Positions 58,766-64,000 of a stretch of 64,000 bases of DNA are shown here, piece by piece. The notes below the pieces were generated by a model. The model saw nothing but the letters and a program-made list of their open reading frames with translations, had not been told where the DNA came from and ran no database searches. This stretch comes from an uncultured beta proteobacterium (GTDB taxonomy: Bacteria; Pseudomonadota; Gammaproteobacteria; Burkholderiales; JACQAP01): NCBI GenBank assembly GCA_963789945.1, contig CAWBMN010000007.1:27178-91177 (forward strand), given 5' to 3'. Numbering within the stretch: position 1 is the first letter of the stretch; every line of letters begins with the position of its first letter. The translations under genes and the position numbers were made by a program.

Positions 58766-60718
58766 TCAGGCCAGCATGGCTGTCTGTTGCTCCGCGCCGG
58801 TTTCTGCCGGAAAGGGTTGCGGGTGCCCGAACACGAAACCCTGGCCGTACAGCACGCCCATCTCGGTGAGGATGTTCAAGACTTCCTGGTTCTCGACCCA
58901 TTCGGCGATCACCTGCTTGTTGAGGCCCTTCGCCACGTCGCACAACGCGCGTACGAACAGGCGATTGGCTTCATCGGTTGCCAGACCGCGTATGAAATTG
59001 CCGTCGATCTTCAGGTAGTCCACCTCGAAGCGCTTGAGGAAATAGAACGAGCTGAACCCCGCGCCGAAATCGTCGAGCGCGAAACGGCAGCCCAGTTTCT
59101 TCATCTGCGCGATGAACTCCTGTGTGACGCCCACTTCCGCCATTGCCGCGGTTTCCGTGATCTCGAACACCAGTTGATCGTGGTCCACTGGTGCGGCCGC
59201 GAGCATGGCATGGAATCGCCGCACCCACTGCTGGTCGGAGAGGCTCACTCGCGACAGGTTTACGAAGTAACGAATCTTCTTGCCGCGCATATGCGGTTGC
59301 TTCAGGATTTCCAGAACCTTGGCGACCACGCGCAGATCGATTTCCTGGACCATGCCGAGCGACTCTGCCACTTCGATGAACTGTCCCGGTAGGACGATAT
59401 TGCCGCTGCGGTCGAGGATTCGTACCAGCACTTCGTGGTGGACCAGTTGCCGGTCCGCCAGCCTGACCACCGGCTGCGAGTAGAGCAAAACGCGGTCCTC
59501 GTCCAGCACTTCGCGCAGTTCCCGCGCCCAGTGCACACGCCGGTGGGTGCTGCGCAGGTCGTCGGGATTGTGATCGTGCAGCACGAAACGGTTGCGGCCG
59601 TTGTCCTTCGCCTGGTACATGGCGATGTCCACATTGGCGAGCAGCGAGGCCACGTCATTGCCGTGGAACGGATAGGACACCACGCCGGCCGAGGCGGTCA
59701 ACGTCGACAGGCAGCCCTGATCGCCCAACCGGAACTTGTAGTGGCGCACCGCGGTGAGCGCGCGTTCGGCGACCTGCGCGGCCTCGGCGCGCAGCGCATC
59801 TGGAAGATGCAGCGCGAACTCGTCGCCGCCCAGGCGGAAAACCTGTGCGTTCTCGTCTTTCACCACGTCCTTGAGTAGTCCACCGATGCCGACGATCAAC
59901 TGGTCGCCGGCACGATGGCCGAAGTTGTCGTTGATGTACTTGAAGTGATCGACGTCCAGAAGCAGTACCGAACCTTTTTCGCCTTCTGCGAGCGCGGCCT
60001 CCAGCGCTTTCTGCAGCGAGACCCGGTTGGGCAGGCCGGTAAGCGTATCGTGGGTGGCAAAGCGTTCGATTTCGAGCGCCGCCTTGTGCTGCTCGGTGAC
60101 GTTGCGGGCGGTGCCGCGCAGCCCGATGATCGCGCTGTTGTCGTCATAGGTGGCGCGCGCATTGATTCCCACCCAGCGGTCGTTGCCGTCGGCGGAAATG
60201 AGGTGGGTGAGGTAGTTCTTTACCTGTCCGTTTCTACGCAGCGTGGACAGGAAGCGGCGGTTGGAAACATGGGCAAGGCCGGCTTCGAAGTCGAAAAAGC
60301 AGCGGCCGATCAGGTCCTTCTGCTGCAATCCAAAGATGTCCACGCAGCCGTTGTTGAGGTAGGTGAAGCGGCCCAGCGCATCGGTGGTCCAGATCAGGTC
60401 GTGCGAAGTCTCCACCAGGTCGCGGTAGCGCGACTCGCTCTCCAGCAGCAGTTGAATGATGCGGCGCTTTTCCTTGAGCGTCCTGCGCACTGCCGCCAGT
60501 TCGTCTTCGTATTTCTCGGTTTCGTGCTTGTCGCTGCCGCCCATCAGCGCCGAACCGGCCAGGCCGTCGATAATCTCGCGCGCATAACGCCGGTGACCGC
60601 CGTCGGTGCGCCGGGCCACGAGCACGCCCTGCGAGTCCCAGCGTCTGAGTTTCTGCACTGGGACGCCGAGCAGTGCAGCGGCTTCCTGAATCGAGTATTC
60701 GGGAAGTTCGTGCGCCAT
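58766..60718 (-). CDS. MerR-type HTH / coiled-coil / PAS / GGDEF / EAL protein (RpfR-like candidate DSF receptor)
   Basis: Start taken at ATG 60718 (MAHELPEY...), 650 aa. HTH YSIQEAAALLGVPVQKLRRWDSQGVLVARRTDGGHRRY. PAS (SRYRDLVETSHDLIWTTD...). Intact GGDEF (RLGGDEFAL). EAL signatures (EVLVR, DDFGAGFSS, KIDG, AEWVE, QGF). Confidence 0.85.
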   Translation of the reverse strand: MAHELPEYSIQEAAALLGVPVQKLRRWDSQGVLVARRTDGGHRRYAREIIDGLAGSALMGGSDKHETEKYEDELAAVRRTLKEKRRIIQLLLESESRYRDLVETSHDLIWTTDALGRFTYLNNGCVDIFGLQQKDLIGRCFFDFEAGLAHVSNRRFLSTLRRNGQVKNYLTHLISADGNDRWVGINARATYDDNSAIIGLRGTARNVTEQHKAALEIERFATHDTLTGLPNRVSLQKALEAALAEGEKGSVLLLDVDHFKYINDNFGHRAGDQLIVGIGGLLKDVVKDENAQVFRLGGDEFALHLPDALRAEAAQVAERALTAVRHYKFRLGDQGCLSTLTASAGVVSYPFHGNDVASLLANVDIAMYQAKDNGRNRFVLHDHNPDDLRSTHRRVHWARELREVLDEDRVLLYSQPVVRLADRQLVHHEVLVRILDRSGNIVLPGQFIEVAESLGMVQEIDLRVVAKVLEILKQPHMRGKKIRYFVNLSRVSLSDQQWVRRFHAMLAAAPVDHDQLVFEITETAAMAEVGVTQEFIAQMKKLGCRFALDDFGAGFSSFYFLKRFEVDYLKIDGNFIRGLATDEANRLFVRALCDVAKGLNKQVIAEWVENQEVLNILTEMGVLYGQGFVFGHPQPFPAETGAEQQTAMLA

Positions 60719-60780
60719 CGCACGCCTCGTACTTATTTGCTGCCGGTTGGTCGGGCCGGCAATCCCAACTCGCCGGCGCA

Positions 60781-61743
60781 TTAGTGCAGGAGCTTGGCGA
60801 CGCCAGGTTCGTCCTGGCGCGCGCCCGTGGCGGTTAGGTCGTTCTGCCGCGACACCAGCCGCTGCATCAGCTTGAGATCGCGATGACTTAAGTTCAGCGC
60901 CGTGTCGACCCACACCTCGACCACACCCACCAGTTCCTCGTAGTCGAGCTTGTGGACACGCCTGCGCGCTGCGGCAATGCCGGCCATCGCATTGCGGCTG
61001 CGGCTGCGGGTGCGGGACCGGATGAAGCTGGCGATTTCCGCTTCACCCCGGCCCTGTTCCACGACCAGATCCACCACCCCCACCGCCAGCATATCATCGG
61101 CGCTGTAAATCTTGCCACTGGTGATCAGGTTCTCGGTTGCACGCTTGCCCACTTTGCGCTCCAGGAAGGAATAGGCCCCCATGCCCGGAAACAGGTTGAA
61201 CAGGATCTCCGGAAAACCGAAGCGCGCCTGGCGCTCCGCGATCAGCACGTCGGACGACAACGCGGCCTCGAAGCCGCCGCCCAGACATTCGCCCTGGATC
61301 AGCGAGATCGTGGTGATCGGCAATTCATGGCCGATGTAATTGCGGTAAAGGACATCCACGCAGGCCTTGCCGTAACCGAGCAGGCCGTCCCGGTCCTGAT
61401 TGTTGATCAGCCTGGTGAACAGGCTGAGGTCGCCGCCGAGGTTGAACACCCCGGGGACCCTGGACGCCAGGACCGCGTATTCGACCGGTTTACTTTCACC
61501 GCCACAGTCCACTTCGCCGCCGGTACGGGTGATGAATCGGCAGTAGCGGTCCAGGTCGCGCAGCAGCTCCGGATTGAAATTGGGCCTGGGCGTCGGATTC
61601 CAGCGCAACCACATTGCGTGTTGTTCTCTGTCGAAAAAGGCGGAAAGCTGTTCCGAGAAGAAGTACTCGGCCGCTGCCCCGGCAGGCTCGGCGCCAGTCG
61701 ATGCCGGGACCTGTAGCAGTTCCTGTGGAATATTCATGTCCAT
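60781..61743 (-). CDS. rpfF: crotonase-fold DSF-family signal synthase (RpfF-like)
   Basis: 320 aa. From memory it aligns block by block with Xanthomonas RpfF: VFNLGGDLSLF, LGGGFEAALSS (first catalytic Glu), FPEILFNLFPGMGAYSF (second Glu), VWVDTALNLSHRDLKLMQRLV. AGGAGA lies 8 nt upstream of the ATG. Confidence 0.8.
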   Translation of the reverse strand: MDMNIPQELLQVPASTGAEPAGAAAEYFFSEQLSAFFDREQHAMWLRWNPTPRPNFNPELLRDLDRYCRFITRTGGEVDCGGESKPVEYAVLASRVPGVFNLGGDLSLFTRLINNQDRDGLLGYGKACVDVLYRNYIGHELPITTISLIQGECLGGGFEAALSSDVLIAERQARFGFPEILFNLFPGMGAYSFLERKVGKRATENLITSGKIYSADDMLAVGVVDLVVEQGRGEAEIASFIRSRTRSRSRNAMAGIAAARRRVHKLDYEELVGVVEVWVDTALNLSHRDLKLMQRLVSRQNDLTATGARQDEPGVAKLLH

Positions 61744-62080
61744 TTTCTGTCTCTCCTGTGCGAGTGGATTTAGTTTGCTTTTCAGGCCGCCACAGGACCC
61801 CCCCCATTGCGGCTTGCGATTTGACTGTAGTCGAATACACAGGTAAATAGCAAATCTAACACTTTGATAGATTTAATTATTCCGCTTTGTTGTCAATAAT
61901 TTGGATGAGCTTGTCACTGTAAGACGACAAAAAATTTTGATCTTTTGCTTATTGGGGGCCGCAAACGAAGTGTGGATGAGCTTCAACAACGCCGTACAAA
62001 CGATGGATTTTGTTGACGTTCCGCTCGAGAAAGGCTAGAAAGGAAACCCATAAGAACTAGAGTTGCACGCTCGGTCCCCT
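61744..62080. promoter_or_regulatory. AT-rich divergent control region between rpfF and aas
   Basis: About 33% G+C by hand count over 61841-61960. Direct repeat TGGATGAGCTT at 61903 and 61972. Short inverted repeats TTGTC-N10-GACAA (61911-61930) and GACT-gt-AGTC (61823-61832). Confidence 0.5.
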
Positions 62081-64000
62081 ATGCGTCTCCTCCTCCGTTC
62101 CATTGCGCGGCTGTTTTTCCGCGTCAGGCTCGTCGGCGACCTGGCGCCGTTCGGCAATGCGGATCGGCTGCTGCTGGTCGCCAACCACCATTCGCGGTTC
62201 GACGCGGTGTTTCTGGCCCTGTTTCTGCCGCGCGCGCCGGTCATCGTCGTTCCGCCAGAGGAAACCCGTAGCCGGTGGATGCGCTGGGTGCTGGGGCACG
62301 TCGACCACGAAGTGCACGACCTGAATAATCCCCTGAGCATGAAACCGCTGCTGCGCTTGCTGCGCGGCGGACGCCCAGTGGTGCTGTTCCCGGAGGGGCG
62401 CATCGCGCGCAACGCCGCGGTGATGAAGGTGTACCCGGTACCCGCACTGATTGCGCTCAAGAGCGGCGCCGTGGTGCTGCCGGTGCACGTGGAAGGCGCC
62501 GGCCAGTGGTTCAGCCGCTCCGGATCTGCGTCGGTCATACGGCGGCTCCTTCCCTCCGTGACGGTGCGCGTGTTCGCGCCCACCCGGATTGACGGGGGTG
62601 CCGCCGGCAGCGCGCGCCGGCGGCGCGCCTTCGCCACCCGCAGGCTCACAGCCATCCTGCAGGCCATGGCGCTGGAATCGCACGCTTGCAAGCCTCTGTT
62701 CGAGTGCTTTCTCGACGCGGTCGCGGCGCATGGGCGCGGCGCCGTGCTGATGGAAGATCAAAACGAGGATCCGCAGACCTACGGCCAGTTTCTGCGCATG
62801 AGCCTGGCGCTGTCGCGGCTGCTCAGGCGTTTCACCAGCGAGGGCGAGAACGTCGGCCTGCTGCTTCCGAACATGGTCCCATCGGTGGGTGTGGTAATGG
62901 CCCTATCGGCGATGAAGCGCGTGCCGGCCATTTTCAATTACACGGCCGGTCCGCTGGGGGTGGAAAGTGCGCGGGTTGCGGCCGGTGTGCGCACCGTGAT
63001 CACTTCGCGCAAGTTCATCGAGCAGGCGCATCTGCAGGCCCTGCTGGATGTGCTTGCAGGATGCAACATCGTCTATCTCGAGGATTTGCGCCGCCAGTTC
63101 GGCTGGCGCGACAAATTGTGGTTGCTGGGATTCGCACTGCGCTTTCCGCGGCTGGTGATCGCCAGGCAGTCCACGCTCGATCCCGCGGTGGTGTTGTTCA
63201 CCTCAGGCTCGGAAGACCGGCCCAAAGGGGTGGTGCTTTCGCACCGTGCCATCGTCGCAAACGTGGCACAGATGCGCGCTGTGTTCGACTTCTCGCCCGA
63301 AGACAAGATCCTGAATCCGCTGCCGCTGTACCACGCCTACAGCTTCACCGCCGGCATCATGCTGCCGCTGATCACCGGCACGCGGCTTTACCTTTTCATC
63401 TCACCGCTGCGTTACCGCGCCATTCCCGAGATTGCTTACCGGCGCGATTGCACCATCCTGTTCGGAACCAGCACCTTCCTGTCGTTCTACGCGCGCTATG
63501 CCAATCCGACGGACTTCTGCCGGCTGCGCTACGTAATCTCCGGCGGCGAGAAGCTCTCGCCCGAGGTCGCAAGGGTGTGGATGGAGAAGTTCGGGTTGCG
63601 CATCCTGGAGGGCTACGGTTCGACGGAATGCGCGCCGGTAATTTCGCTGGCTACCCCATCGGCGTACCGCCGTAAAGCGGTGGGCCGATTCCTGCCCGGC
63701 ATCGATTACCAGATCGAGCCCATGGACGGTATCGACAAAGGGGGAGTCCTGCACATCCGCGGGCCTAACCTGATGCTGGGGTACTATCGCTATGCCAATC
63801 CCGGCGTGATCGAGGCGCCCAAGTCCGGCGTGGGCGAAGGCTGGTACGATACCGGCGACGTGGTGGAAGTGGACCAGGACGGCATGCTCAGCATCTCCGG
63901 GCGGGTGAAACGCTTTGCCAAGATCGCCGGCGAAATGGTGTCGCTCGACATGATCGAGCACGTGGCGCGCGAAGCTTCGTCCGAGCACCATCATGCCGCA
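62081..64000 (+). CDS. aas: bifunctional 2-acylglycerophosphoethanolamine acyltransferase / acyl-ACP synthetase, 3'-truncated by the window edge
   Basis: Not in the ORF track because there is no stop in the window; my own translation gives 640 codons open from ATG 62081. PlsC HX4D box (NHHSRFD), FPEGRI, AMP-binding TSGSEDRPKGV, EGYGSTECAP, WYDTGD, KRFAKIAGEMVSL. Colinear with E. coli Aas as I recall it. Confidence 0.85.
   Translation, partial: MRLLLRSIARLFFRVRLVGDLAPFGNADRLLLVANHHSRFDAVFLALFLPRAPVIVVPPEETRSRWMRWVLGHVDHEVHDLNNPLSMKPLLRLLRGGRPVVLFPEGRIARNAAVMKVYPVPALIALKSGAVVLPVHVEGAGQWFSRSGSASVIRRLLPSVTVRVFAPTRIDGGAAGSARRRRAFATRRLTAILQAMALESHACKPLFECFLDAVAAHGRGAVLMEDQNEDPQTYGQFLRMSLALSRLLRRFTSEGENVGLLLPNMVPSVGVVMALSAMKRVPAIFNYTAGPLGVESARVAAGVRTVITSRKFIEQAHLQALLDVLAGCNIVYLEDLRRQFGWRDKLWLLGFALRFPRLVIARQSTLDPAVVLFTSGSEDRPKGVVLSHRAIVANVAQMRAVFDFSPEDKILNPLPLYHAYSFTAGIMLPLITGTRLYLFISPLRYRAIPEIAYRRDCTILFGTSTFLSFYARYANPTDFCRLRYVISGGEKLSPEVARVWMEKFGLRILEGYGSTECAPVISLATPSAYRRKAVGRFLPGIDYQIEPMDGIDKGGVLHIRGPNLMLGYYRYANPGVIEAPKSGVGEGWYDTGDVVEVDQDGMLSISGRVKRFAKIAGEMVSLDMIEHVAREASSEHHHAA

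Noticed and set aside
61744-64000. Whether the G+C trough at about 61.8-62.0 kb marks the border of a horizontally acquired island carrying rpfF and the GGDEF-EAL gene.
   Set aside because: The flanking genes have the same high G+C and codon style as the rest of the window. There is no tRNA, integrase or direct-repeat boundary at this site. The trough fits an ordinary AT-rich divergent promoter region.

Overview
High-GC (about 60-65% by eye), almost fully coding chromosomal window. The gene order looks like a betaproteobacterial core chromosome; this is inferred from synteny, not from a search. The order is purF-metZ; lpxH-ppiB-ppiA; cysS; grpE-dnaK-dnaJ; hrcA-hemH; nadK-recN; fur / bamE-dapB-carAB-greA; yhbY / rlmE-ftsH-folP-glmM-pstSCAB; tpiA-secG-tRNA-Leu-nuoA..N. 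I annotate 58 protein genes: purF and aas are cut by the window edges, and dnaJ is frame-broken. I also annotate one tRNA-Leu(GAG) and a set of promoters, terminators and leader elements read by eye. I saw no rRNA, CRISPR, transposase, integrase or prophage genes. Four things deserve a second look. (1) Twelve intergenic hairpin elements (IR1-IR12) have arms made of tandem 7-8 nt units. The architecture is conserved but the unit sequence is locus-specific. Four sit at junctions inside the nuo operon, and one of these is read through as a C-terminal extension of nuoJ. (2) A seven-gene, almost entirely membrane-anchored MoxR AAA+ module of unknown function (RDD, SpoIIM-like, DUF58, MoxR, DUF4350-like, DUF4129-like, polytopic protein) lies directly downstream of fur. 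(3) An rpfF-type DSF-synthase gene is followed by a MerR-HTH-PAS-GGDEF-EAL protein. It is divergent from an Aas-type acyltransferase/acyl-ACP synthetase across an AT-rich region. (4) The metZ leader contains a promoter, a SAM-II-like pseudoknot and an intrinsic terminator. All domain and family calls come from reading the translations; no HMM or BLAST search was run.
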